The position numbers were made by a program, and so were the translations under genes. A stretch of 13,828 bases of DNA from a virus (lineage: Duplodnaviria; Heunggongvirae; Uroviricota; Caudoviricetes; Autographiviridae). The stretch lies in the IMG/VR virus record IMGVR_UViG_2660238008_000004; one strand, 5' to 3'. Shown here piece after piece: positions 1 to 7,509 of the stretch (positions are counted from its first letter, which is position 1; each line of letters opens with the position of its first letter). Below the pieces are notes generated by a model. It was given only the letters and a program-made list of their open reading frames with translations, had not been told where the DNA came from and did not search any database.

Positions 1-127
1 GGTGCTTTTGCCGTTACGCACCACCCCGTCAGTAGCTGAACAGGAGGGACAGCTGATAGAAACAGAAGCCACTGGAGCACCTCAAAAACACCATCATACA
101 CTAAATCAGTAAGTTGGCAGCATCACC
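1..127 (-). mobile_element. IS1 insertion sequence, terminal 127 bp (rest lies beyond the window start)
   Basis: Reverse complement of 105-127 is GGTGATGCTGCCAACTTACTGAT, which I recognise as the IS1 left inverted repeat; the following bases match the IS1 left end including the start of insA (GTG at 70-72 on the minus strand, about 24 codons visible). Element/flank junction at 127/128. Recognition is from memory of the IS1 sequence. Confidence 0.85.
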
Positions 128-355
128 TGAGCAGTGTGTATTGAGTCCTTTTGTAGCTAAAGCTATTACAGATATTCCCGGCTTGAAAAATTGCACGTTT
201 ATGGTTGCCCCTCCCTCAACTGTATAGCTCGCCCGCGCCCCCGTGCGCATGTGCGTGCCCGCGCGTCAGGGGTCGCTGAGAAAACCCTAAGATTTTGCTC
301 ATCCGAGACAACCGTTGCAGGCGCGCGTTGCCGGGGCACACTACTAGTGTTTGAT

Positions 356-460
356 GGTGTCATCAATCGTTCGATTCTTGCTACCTGTCTGAGTGATTAC
401 TATCTGGTGTCATCAATTTAGGGTTTGACTAAATGCTACCATCAATGCAAAGATGCTACC
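356..460. repeat. Cluster of short direct repeats upstream of the serine recombinase gene: GGTGTCATCAAT at 356-367 and 406-417, related ACCATCAATGC at 438-448, ATGCTACC at 433-440 and 453-460
   Basis: Exact 12-mer repeated 50 bp apart with a third CATCAAT copy 30 bp further on, all within 140 bp of the recombinase start codon. The repeats are seen directly; a binding-site role is inference. Confidence 0.5.
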
Positions 461-491
461 GTTTTGTGATACCAGATGGGTGAGGTGAAGC

Positions 492-1067
492 ATGAGGACT
501 TTTATCTACTGCCGCGTTTCAACACGCGAGCAGGATACGCAGAATCAGGTGCTGGCTATTGAGCGTGCCGGGTACACGGTGCCTGAGAGCAGGGTAATCA
601 GCGAGGACATTTCCGGCAGCGTTCAGGCTATGCAGCGCCCTAAGTTTCGAGCGATGGTTGAGCATAAGCTGGAAGCGGGAGATCAGCTTGTCGTGCTGAA
701 ACTGGACAGGCTGGGGCGCGACAACATCGACGTGCAACAGACCATCGACATGCTGTTAGAACGCGGCGTGAAGGTGGTGTCTCTTGACCTGCCAGCGCGT
801 GATCTGACTTCATCTGAGGGCAAGCTAATCCGCCAGATGTTTGGAGCCTTTGCTGAGTTCGAGCGAAACCGTATCCGTGAGAGGACGCTTGACGGGCTGG
901 AGAAGGCGAAAGCCAATGGCGTTAAGCTGGGACGCAAGGAAGCCACCGACACCACTCAAAAGGTGCAGGAGCTGCGGAGTGAGGGGCTGTCTCAATCGAA
1001 GGTAGCTAAGCGTCTCGGCGTTAGCGTGAGCACCGTTAAACGCCACTGGAACAAGGGCGAGGGATGA
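492..1067 (+). CDS. Serine recombinase (resolvase/DNA invertase family), 191 aa
   Basis: N-terminal catalytic motif YCRVSTREQ with the nucleophilic serine, LDRLGRD motif, and C-terminal HTH (SQSKVAKRLGVSVSTVKRH); size typical of Hin/Gin/resolvase proteins. GAGGTG ribosome-binding site 5 nt upstream of ATG 492. Confidence 0.9.
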   Translation: MRTFIYCRVSTREQDTQNQVLAIERAGYTVPESRVISEDISGSVQAMQRPKFRAMVEHKLEAGDQLVVLKLDRLGRDNIDVQQTIDMLLERGVKVVSLDLPARDLTSSEGKLIRQMFGAFAEFERNRIRERTLDGLEKAKANGVKLGRKEATDTTQKVQELRSEGLSQSKVAKRLGVSVSTVKRHWNKGEG

Positions 1068-1133
1068 TGACCTACAAGCGAATGAGGTGCTACGACTGGC
1101 CGTTACTGGGCTGTGGGTGATGGATGACCTACA
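1066..1133. repeat. 11-bp direct repeat GATGACCTACA (1066-1076 and 1123-1133) overlapping the stop codon of the serine recombinase gene
   Basis: Exact 11-mer twice, 57 bp apart, unlikely by chance. Function unknown; possibly part of a recombination or regulatory site. Confidence 0.5.
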
Positions 1134-1770
1134 GCTTTTGTATTTATTTCAGAGGGTTATGTTATACGTAATATCATAACGATATGATTTATAATGTATT
1201 TTCGTGTTACTTGCGGCTCTCGATGTGAAGAGGTGGCGGGGCTTTAGCCGTGCCAGACGATGAACATCGAGATCAGATTGTGAATGTGAGTTATCACTGA
1301 ACAATTCGAGGGATGGGGCAGGGGAAGGGATCAAAGGCTGCGTTGTCCAATCACTAAGCTAGATTTGAAGCTGGTCAACACGTTAGTAGTATCTTTAAAG
1401 TTGCATTTGAAATACATGTACAGGAAAGGGTTCTTCCCTTACATCCCTTCTCCTAAATGTAGTTACGAGTGCTTCGCTCTCTTCACTTGCTGCGCTTCTC
1501 GCTATGCTCCAGCCCGCTCCATCGCCTTTGGCTCATTCCCGGTCTTCGCCCGCTGCTGATGCTCGGCGACTCTACGCAACCGTGCTTGCCGTGGCAGGCA
1601 ACGCGGCGGGGATGTGTAGTGGAACGGTACTCTTTATCGGTATTGTTAATTTAATCAATCATATACTGTTATCGGTAGGTATTCTTCAAAACATCTTCAT
1701 TCATTTCTGTATCGTTCAATCATCTTTCTTTTTCGTTTCCTTTCAGGTCTTAGCCGTCGGTCATTGGTCT

Positions 1771-1876
1771 TACTGCCTGCTGTGCTACTGCCAGCTATGG
1801 CACGCCGTCACGGTTACTGTCTGTCACCTGTCCTACTGCCTTCACTGTCTGCCGTCTGTCAGTCCTACGGTCTGCC
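1771..1876 (+). repeat. Iteron-like array: five same-orientation copies of YACTGYC (1771, 1786, 1815, 1834, 1844) plus related GTCTGCC/GTCTGTC copies (1847, 1854, 1870) in a pyrimidine-rich tract
   Basis: Repeats seen directly in a region with no credible ORF; followed by an AT-rich block at about 1930-2040. Interpretation as replication-origin iterons or another protein-binding array is inference. Confidence 0.45.
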
Positions 1877-2330
1877 ATCCGTCATCAGTTCGGCGCTCGC
1901 TTGTTTCGGCTGCGCCGCGCTCGCTCTGCGTATCTAGCGATACTATATCACTATAGACACTTTCATAATTATCTATTGATATCAGTAACTTATATTTTTA
2001 ATTTTAAAGGCTACTAATAAGGAGATATAGAGCATTACTTTCCCGCTTTTGACCGACAAAAATCGCGCTGTTAAGTATTGCCAGCCCAGGCTCAGTAAGG
2101 CTTAGCGAGGTTGTGGTTAAAAATTGACCTAATGAAGGTATCTACTAAGGAGAAAGAATAACTCCCGAAGCGCGACAAACTCTCCGATTTTGAAAGTGAC
2201 TATTAAGGCAGATAAAGACACTGACACTGTTGCCGACATGAAAACCTCTATAAGGGCAGAGAGTCTGCCGCACCTGTACCACCGCCCCAACCTGAGCTAA
2301 TACCTACCCCTATTTTCTGGAGATTTCACC

Positions 2331-4175
2331 ATGCCAACAAACCTACGCCGCCTGCTTGCGCAGGCTGCCGACGCTGACCCGCTCAATACTGCGGACGCAG
2401 ATGTACAGCAAATGATCGCTGACGGGGTTGTTATTCGACGTTCCAAGATATGCCCCGTAAAGCGTAAGCCCGTTAAGGCGGCATACAACACAAAGACCGA
2501 AGAGTTTTATTACAATGCAGATGGCTCCGCGATGACCTTGCGGGAGTGGCGAACGCTGCACGGTGTTCAACCGAAGAAACAAAAACAGCGCTCTGACGCT
2601 GGGTTGCGGCAAGTCATCCAGCCCGGCGACGCGATTCACTGCCGACGCGCTGAGATTGAGCAATGGCTAAATAAAAAGCCTGCTCGTTATGTTGAACCAC
2701 TGCCGCCAGATTTCCCCGGCGTTCGCGTAGACGATGCCGCATTGAAACCGCGCGAGCACGCCGTGCCGGAATCAACAACCGGACAGAATGCTTTTCTCAA
2801 AGCCTGCCGCGAGTTTCTCATTTGCGATGAGAAGACCATGCGCCGAATTAACAGGGGCATGGGTAAACTGGAAGCGATGCGTAACGCAGATTTCAAACGC
2901 TACGGAGACTCAGGGGAGTTTCGTCAATTTTGGTGTGGAGAGTCGAAGCCTACCGAAGATAGATTTAATAATACAAATCATCATTGTGACCCGAACGGCT
3001 TGGCTGCTTCGCCGTCTGTGCCGCCACTGAATACTACGCCGTATGAGTTCCGCCCCCTGGCTCGCTGTGACCGAAACGCACGCGTTAGCCTGCTGCCACC
3101 TGATGGGCTGGAGTGGAGGCCGGGGCAATTGTCTGTTGCTGATGCGATCTTTTCCCGTGGCAGTGATGTGCTTGCCGTTCTGCCTACTGGGTATGGCAAA
3201 AGCGCTGCCTTCACTTACCCATTGATTTATGAATCCCGCGCTGGCGTTGGCCTGTCTGTTATCGTTGTTCCTACTAATACCCTTAAGCGTCAGATTCTCC
3301 GCCAGTTGCGGGAGGCTGGCGTTCACGCTGTGGCATTTGGTGACAAGCTGCCGAGGCACCGCAATGCGCAACAACTGGCGGGGCTGGCTGCCGGGGCGTT
3401 CCGGGTTGCAGTCGTTTCGCCTGAACATCTGGTTCCGTCGAGTCAGGTTCTCGCGGCGCTGATGGCTTATGGCGTTGATCGTTTTATTATCGATGAGGCA
3501 CACACGGTCAAAGACTGGGATTTCCGCCCAGCTTACGACGCAATGCAGCACACACTACAGAATGCCTTTCCTTCGGCTCAACGCTGCGTGTTTACGGCTA
3601 CGCTGCTACGCGAAAATGAGCGCAGTTTAATGGAGTCGCTTGGCTGCCGTGGCGATTACGTAACATTCCGCGCTGATGTTGCTCGCGAGAATATCCAGTT
3701 GACGCCAGTCAGACAGTGCCGCGAACGTTTCCGAGCGGCTATTGGTCTGGTCGAGGCTCTGCCGAAAGAAGAGAAGACGCTTATTCTCGTCAATGACCTT
3801 AAAACGTTGCGGGCGTACCTGAAACTCTTGGGCGACCGGGCGCGGCCATATCACTCGAAGACGATGCACCTGAGCAACGAGGAACGCCACGCAAACGCTG
3901 AGTGGTTTGCCTCTACGCCGGGCGCGATTCTTATTGCTACTAAAGCCTTCGGGCTGGGTGCTGATGTTCCTGATATCCGTAACGTTGTCGTGACATACGT
4001 CCCCGATGATTTGCCTGATCTCGTTCAGATGATTGGACGAGCCGGGCGCGATGGGGAACCTGCCCGCGCTTTTCTGCTGTGGTCATCGCTGGCGCTGGAT
4101 GTTGCGCCTGATGAGCTTGCTTACTTCTACCGCCCTGAAAACTGCAACTGGCAGTACATCGCTAAATACCTCTGA
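2331..4175 (+). CDS. RecQ-family (SF2) DNA helicase core with an unrecognised ~270-aa N-terminal extension; lacks RQC/HRDC C-terminal domains; 614 aa
   Basis: Walker A LPTGYGKS preceded by a motif-0-like segment (RPGQLSVADAIF); motif Ia IVVPTNTLKRQ; motif II with the RecQ signature IIDEAHTVKDWDFRPAY; motif III FTATL; motif VI MIGRAGRDG about 40 aa from the C-terminus. GGAG ribosome-binding site 8 nt upstream of ATG 2331. Confidence 0.85.
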   Translation: MPTNLRRLLAQAADADPLNTADADVQQMIADGVVIRRSKICPVKRKPVKAAYNTKTEEFYYNADGSAMTLREWRTLHGVQPKKQKQRSDAGLRQVIQPGDAIHCRRAEIEQWLNKKPARYVEPLPPDFPGVRVDDAALKPREHAVPESTTGQNAFLKACREFLICDEKTMRRINRGMGKLEAMRNADFKRYGDSGEFRQFWCGESKPTEDRFNNTNHHCDPNGLAASPSVPPLNTTPYEFRPLARCDRNARVSLLPPDGLEWRPGQLSVADAIFSRGSDVLAVLPTGYGKSAAFTYPLIYESRAGVGLSVIVVPTNTLKRQILRQLREAGVHAVAFGDKLPRHRNAQQLAGLAAGAFRVAVVSPEHLVPSSQVLAALMAYGVDRFIIDEAHTVKDWDFRPAYDAMQHTLQNAFPSAQRCVFTATLLRENERSLMESLGCRGDYVTFRADVARENIQLTPVRQCRERFRAAIGLVEALPKEEKTLILVNDLKTLRAYLKLLGDRARPYHSKTMHLSNEERHANAEWFASTPGAILIATKAFGLGADVPDIRNVVVTYVPDDLPDLVQMIGRAGRDGEPARAFLLWSSLALDVAPDELAYFYRPENCNWQYIAKYL

Positions 4176-4212
4176 GTCGAAAGGCTCTCCCTGATTCTCT
4201 GGAGTTAATCAT

Positions 4213-4650
4213 ATGCCTGTTACCGAACATGCGCAGCGTCGTGCTGCGCGTGCGGATGCGCTCATCACCGCACAACTAGCTTTCGCCCTGAATGGGTACA
4301 ACTGGGATGAACTGGCCGAACCTCATCGCAAGACCCTTAATCGTGAGGCCATCATTCGCGAGGTATTTACACCGCTGGAGCGATATTGCCTGCTGAATGA
4401 TTGCGAGCCGTGGGAGTGTCTGGCCGCTGTACTGAACCGCATGAAAAGGCCGGATGGCTCGCGTCGCTGGAAAGCCGTCCGGTTGTCCGACCGGGTTTTC
4501 AATGGCCGGGTGCATCCGGTACGCAAGACTCCTGATGAAGTTTACGCCGCCATTGCCCGCCGTTTGTTTCTGCCGAAGCCCGTGCATCAAGAAGTGATTC
4601 AGCACATCCGTGCGCTAGGCCTGTTACCAGTTGGAGATAACCACCAATGA
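4213..4650 (+). CDS. Hypothetical protein, 145 aa
   Basis: ORF with GGAG ribosome-binding site 8 nt upstream; co-directional with the helicase and 37 bp downstream of it; no recognisable motif. Confidence 0.6.
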   Translation: MPVTEHAQRRAARADALITAQLAFALNGYNWDELAEPHRKTLNREAIIREVFTPLERYCLLNDCEPWECLAAVLNRMKRPDGSRRWKAVRLSDRVFNGRVHPVRKTPDEVYAAIARRLFLPKPVHQEVIQHIRALGLLPVGDNHQ

Positions 4651-4856
4651 CGAAATCTGAATTTGAAGCCGGAGCATGGGAACTAAAAACCCTGCTGCTG
4701 GGTGCGTTGACGCGCAGGCTTAAGGAGGACGAGGCGGGAGAGTCACGCATGGCTGCTGCCGAGTTGTCATCCTGCGTGAACTTCCTCAAGCAGAACGCCG
4801 CCGACTCGCCTGATACAACCTTTAACAACGTGTTCCCGGAGGATGACGACCAATGA
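4647..4856 (+). CDS. Hypothetical small protein, 69 aa
   Basis: Start ATG overlaps the upstream stop (ATGA at 4647-4650), indicating translational coupling; GGAG 11 nt upstream. Confidence 0.5.
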   Translation: MTKSEFEAGAWELKTLLLGALTRRLKEDEAGESRMAAAELSSCVNFLKQNAADSPDTTFNNVFPEDDDQ

Positions 4857-5029
4857 CCCCTGAACAGTTCCGGCAATGGTTCGCCACGCTGCCGGAGAAA
4901 TATCAACGTGTAGTCCGCTTCATGTACGACAACGCCCGCAAGTCGGGCACACACACCGCGTCAAGCCTTGCGCTGATTCACACGTTGGTTACTGACCAGA
5001 TCAAATTTGATTCGGAGTTTAATTTATGA
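4853..5029 (+). CDS. Hypothetical small protein, 58 aa (below the ORF-track cutoff; MTPEQFRQWFATLPEKYQRVVRF...)
   Basis: Hand translation from ATG 4853, which overlaps the upstream stop (ATGA); GGAGG 11 nt upstream; its stop TGA 5027-5029 overlaps the next start ATG 5026. It fills an otherwise unexplained gap in a tightly packed operon. Confidence 0.45.
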   Translation: MTPEQFRQWFATLPEKYQRVVRFMYDNARKSGTHTASSLALIHTLVTDQIKFDSEFNL

Positions 5030-5589
5030 CTTTGAGTATTACCGATATCCAGCGCATTAACGCGCTGGCTCATAAGCACCTAAAGAACAATGAAGAGATT
5101 GCAGCGGAGACAGGTCATACCCTGACCGATATTGATGCAGTAATCCGTGGCGCCTATGTCGATGACTTGGCCGAACATTGGAAAGACGATGCTGATATTA
5201 ATCTGGCGGAGTACAACGCCATCCGCAGCCGCTATAAGCCCGGCAAGCTGCACCGCGATACAGAGTTTATGATTGCCCGCGATATGCTGATTCGCCCTGA
5301 GACGGTGCTGGCTATCGCCCATTCCCGCTTTAGCAACGCCCACACGCACCCGGTACAGAAACCCTTGAAGGTGAAGCCAGCGAAGCCGAAAGTAGTGCGC
5401 AAGTTAGTGCCTACTGATTTAGATGAAATCCACAAGTTAGAGCGCTTCGGTTGGCCTGCTGCGGAGATCGCCGGGAAGCTGGGCGTCCCTGTTGAGGTCG
5501 TCGCGCATGTGCAACGCTGCCTGAGAAATCGTTGGTCGTACCCGGATACTCTGGAGTCTGTTAACTCCAAATTCAGCGAGGCTGAATGA
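5026..5589 (+). CDS. Hypothetical protein, 187 aa, possible C-terminal HTH
   Basis: ORF translationally coupled to its upstream neighbour; C-terminal segment WPAAEIAGKLGVPVEVVAHVQRCL looks HTH-like (weak). Confidence 0.6.
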   Translation: MTLSITDIQRINALAHKHLKNNEEIAAETGHTLTDIDAVIRGAYVDDLAEHWKDDADINLAEYNAIRSRYKPGKLHRDTEFMIARDMLIRPETVLAIAHSRFSNAHTHPVQKPLKVKPAKPKVVRKLVPTDLDEIHKLERFGWPAAEIAGKLGVPVEVVAHVQRCLRNRWSYPDTLESVNSKFSEAE

Positions 5590-5822
5590 TGGCAGAGAAC
5601 GAACCGCTGCACCCCGCCGTTAACCCTGATCTCTACGTGAACCTTGACGAACAACGCGAAGGATACGCTCCGATTGAATCACGGGGTTGGGATGTGCTGA
5701 CGCAGAACCTGACCGGGAAAGGTCGAACTGACCCCAGCCAAACACTTAACCAGAATCCGAAACAACGCCCGCGCGGCTCCGTTGGTGAGCGTCGTTGGCT
5801 TCGTAAACGTGGATTACTTTAA
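5586..5822 (+). CDS. Hypothetical small protein, 78 aa
   Basis: ATGA start/stop overlap with the upstream gene; basic C-terminus. Confidence 0.5.
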   Translation: MMAENEPLHPAVNPDLYVNLDEQREGYAPIESRGWDVLTQNLTGKGRTDPSQTLNQNPKQRPRGSVGERRWLRKRGLL

Positions 5823-5834
5823 CGAGGAATTACC

Positions 5835-6074
5835 ATGAGCAAAACTATCGTATTGCTGCCGCCCCGCAAGAATACAGACTGGGCTGCACAATTAAAGCTG
5901 ATTTCTGAATCGCTTGAGGTGAGTCAGGCAGACCTCGCCCACGCCTATCAGGTTGATCGTCGGGATATGGGTAAAGCGTATCACGGTGTGCGCAAACTGC
6001 CGGAACGTTGTGTGCCTGTTCATATGCTGTTGTTAGCGCAGGTACACGACTTTAGAGCATTATCAGGAGAGTAA
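5835..6074 (+). CDS. Hypothetical small protein, 79 aa
   Basis: ORF with GAGG ribosome-binding site upstream of ATG 5835; no recognisable motif. Confidence 0.5.
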   Translation: MSKTIVLLPPRKNTDWAAQLKLISESLEVSQADLAHAYQVDRRDMGKAYHGVRKLPERCVPVHMLLLAQVHDFRALSGE

Positions 6075-6077
6075 TTT

Positions 6078-6758
6078 ATGTCTGACCAGAATGTTAATCC
6101 GTACCTTTCCGGTGCTGATGCTGCATCGCAGCAATCGCCATACATGGCTGCACCTGTTGGAGTTGACAATGGAGCATCCCGCTTTAGCTCTGCGCCTGCT
6201 GATGCTGATTTCCTCCGTACCCAACCCGTTAACGGCAATGATGGCGGACAATGGAATAATGGCAATATCGCAAATCAGCAAGACCAGAACGCTGACAGCG
6301 CTGGGGCGCAAGTGGGCGACACACTGCAATTACAGGATGGCACCACTGTTGAGTTGACTCCTGAACTTCATGGGCTGATGGGGCAGTTTCACCAGTCTGT
6401 CGAAAGCCAGCTAGGTCAGGGTACAGTTGACGCGATGTTGCAGTACGCTGGCACGCTCGACGCCGGGACGCAATCAACCCTTGAACGGATGGTCATGTCT
6501 GGCGATCCCGCGCAGATGTCGCGTGCGGTTCAGTATCTGCAAGAGCGTATGGCTGGCGGTTCCATTACCGGTTACGTCCCGAACGGCCAGACTGCCGCGC
6601 AACCTGTCGGAATGTCACATGCTGAGTTTATAGCAGCGTATGACCAGCTTTCGCAGTGGGCGCAGCAATCAGGGTATGGCCCCGGCCATCGCCAGTACGA
6701 TGAACAATACCGCGCTCTGGTTGCGCAGCGCTCCGCTGGCAAACGTGCTGGTCGCTAA
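6078..6758 (+). CDS. Hypothetical protein, 226 aa, with low-complexity Q/N/G/A/S/D-rich N-terminal ~100 aa and a predicted helical C-terminal half
   Basis: AGGAG ribosome-binding site upstream of ATG 6078; the compositional bias is visible in the translation. Possible scaffold or other virion-associated protein given the capsid-like gene downstream (speculative). Confidence 0.6.
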   Translation: MSDQNVNPYLSGADAASQQSPYMAAPVGVDNGASRFSSAPADADFLRTQPVNGNDGGQWNNGNIANQQDQNADSAGAQVGDTLQLQDGTTVELTPELHGLMGQFHQSVESQLGQGTVDAMLQYAGTLDAGTQSTLERMVMSGDPAQMSRAVQYLQERMAGGSITGYVPNGQTAAQPVGMSHAEFIAAYDQLSQWAQQSGYGPGHRQYDEQYRALVAQRSAGKRAGR

Positions 6759-6897
6759 CGCCCAACTGTGGAATGCGCCCTGCAAGACCGAGTGCGCACC
6801 GACCCGGTACTACCACACCAATCTATGCGCATGAGTCCCCGCAAGCCGCATTCTGCGCGGCATCTGAAAGCCTGTTTTTAATTAACCGAGGTTCGTA

Positions 6898-7311
6898 ATG
6901 AGTACCTGTAATTTCCATGCTGTGGAGCGTGTCGCTGACGTGCGCCCGGATTTCGCCTTGCCGCTGGGTAGATGTGATCATGTTTACCCTGAGCGTGTGC
7001 CGCACGTTTTCAATCCAGACGAAGCGGTTTATATCGTTGCACGGTCTGCCACATCCGGCACCCGCACATCTGGCGTTAGCCGTGGGCTTTCCCCTGTGCT
7101 GCCGCCGAAGATGGCCGAGCGGATGCGCGAACGTGAACGGCACGAGAAGAATCGAGCCAGACCCCGCAAGGTAATCACTGAGGCGATACGCGCTGACATT
7201 ATCGTTCGCTCTGCAAAAGGCCAGAAGAATCGTTACATTGCAAGCAAGGTTGGCGTGTCTGAAACCTCTGTGCGGAAGGTGTTGAACATGGCGCGTATGA
7301 GTGCGCACTAA
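6898..7311 (+). CDS. Putative DNA-binding protein with C-terminal HTH, 137 aa
   Basis: C-terminal IRADIIVRSAKGQKNRYIASKVGVSETSVRKVL resembles a resolvase/sigma-type HTH; GAGG ribosome-binding site upstream; the gene is isolated by 139-bp and 198-bp intergenic gaps. Confidence 0.55.
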   Translation: MSTCNFHAVERVADVRPDFALPLGRCDHVYPERVPHVFNPDEAVYIVARSATSGTRTSGVSRGLSPVLPPKMAERMRERERHEKNRARPRKVITEAIRADIIVRSAKGQKNRYIASKVGVSETSVRKVLNMARMSAH

Positions 7312-7425
7312 TGCAAGGTAATACGTTCGCCTTACTTCACGCGCACTAACCCCTGAGAACCGCGCCAGCTCTGGCCTCAAAACGCCCATTTCGGGGCACC
7401 TCATCCCTTTAATCGATACCGTTCT

Positions 7426-7450
7426 GAATCCTGCCTCGGCGGGAGGATTC
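7426..7450. promoter_or_regulatory. Inverted repeat GAATCCTgCC-(tcggc)-GGgAGGATTC about 60 bp upstream of the capsid-like gene
   Basis: 7-bp perfect arms (GAATCCT/AGGATTC) extended to 9 of 10; no T-run follows, so not a classic intrinsic terminator; candidate operator or RNA hairpin. Confidence 0.3.
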
Positions 7451-7509
7451 CGCACGTCTGTGCCATGACGATGGCGCGGGCTTCATCAACCTACGTAGGA
7501 GTTTTGTTT

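Noticed and set aside
191-421. 76-aa plus-strand ORF between the IS1 end and the serine recombinase
   Set aside because: No ribosome-binding site, arginine-rich translation of a GC-rich tract, and it overlaps the repeat cluster; likely non-coding.
1771-1876. CRISPR array
   Set aside because: The repeats are 7-mers with irregular 11-29 bp spacing and no spacer-sized unique segments or leader; this is not a CRISPR architecture.
1504-1956. 150-aa plus-strand ORF (and overlapping 61-64-aa ORFs at 1365-1654) in the non-coding block
   Set aside because: The translation is low-complexity (C/L/S/V-rich) and comes directly from the pyrimidine-rich repeat tract; there is no ribosome-binding site, so it is more likely repeat or regulatory DNA than a gene.
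2049-2077. Promoter for the helicase operon (TTGACC, 17-bp spacer, TAAGTA)
   Set aside because: The -35 element is good but the -10 hexamer is poor and lacks the conserved final T; not reported as a feature without transcript data.
2910-3551. 213-aa minus-strand ORF (and similar antisense ORFs at 4499-4954, 5232-5654, 6229-6477)
   Set aside because: They lie entirely antisense within well-supported plus-strand genes with clear motifs or ribosome-binding sites; typical spurious antisense reading frames.
2331-4175. Large terminase interpretation of the 614-aa ATPase
   Set aside because: The motif set (DEAH-x-x-x-W-x-x-DFRP-x-Y, GRAGRDG) is characteristic of RecQ-type SF2 helicases, and there is no nuclease-like C-terminal domain.
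6823-7455. 210-aa minus-strand ORF overlapping the HTH gene
   Set aside because: The plus-strand gene has a ribosome-binding site and an HTH motif and fits the co-directional operon; the antisense ORF has no start signal and runs across both intergenic regions.
7465-7509. Upstream start (7465) for the capsid-like ORF
   Set aside because: No ribosome-binding site at 7465, whereas ATG 7510 is preceded by AGGAG at optimal spacing.
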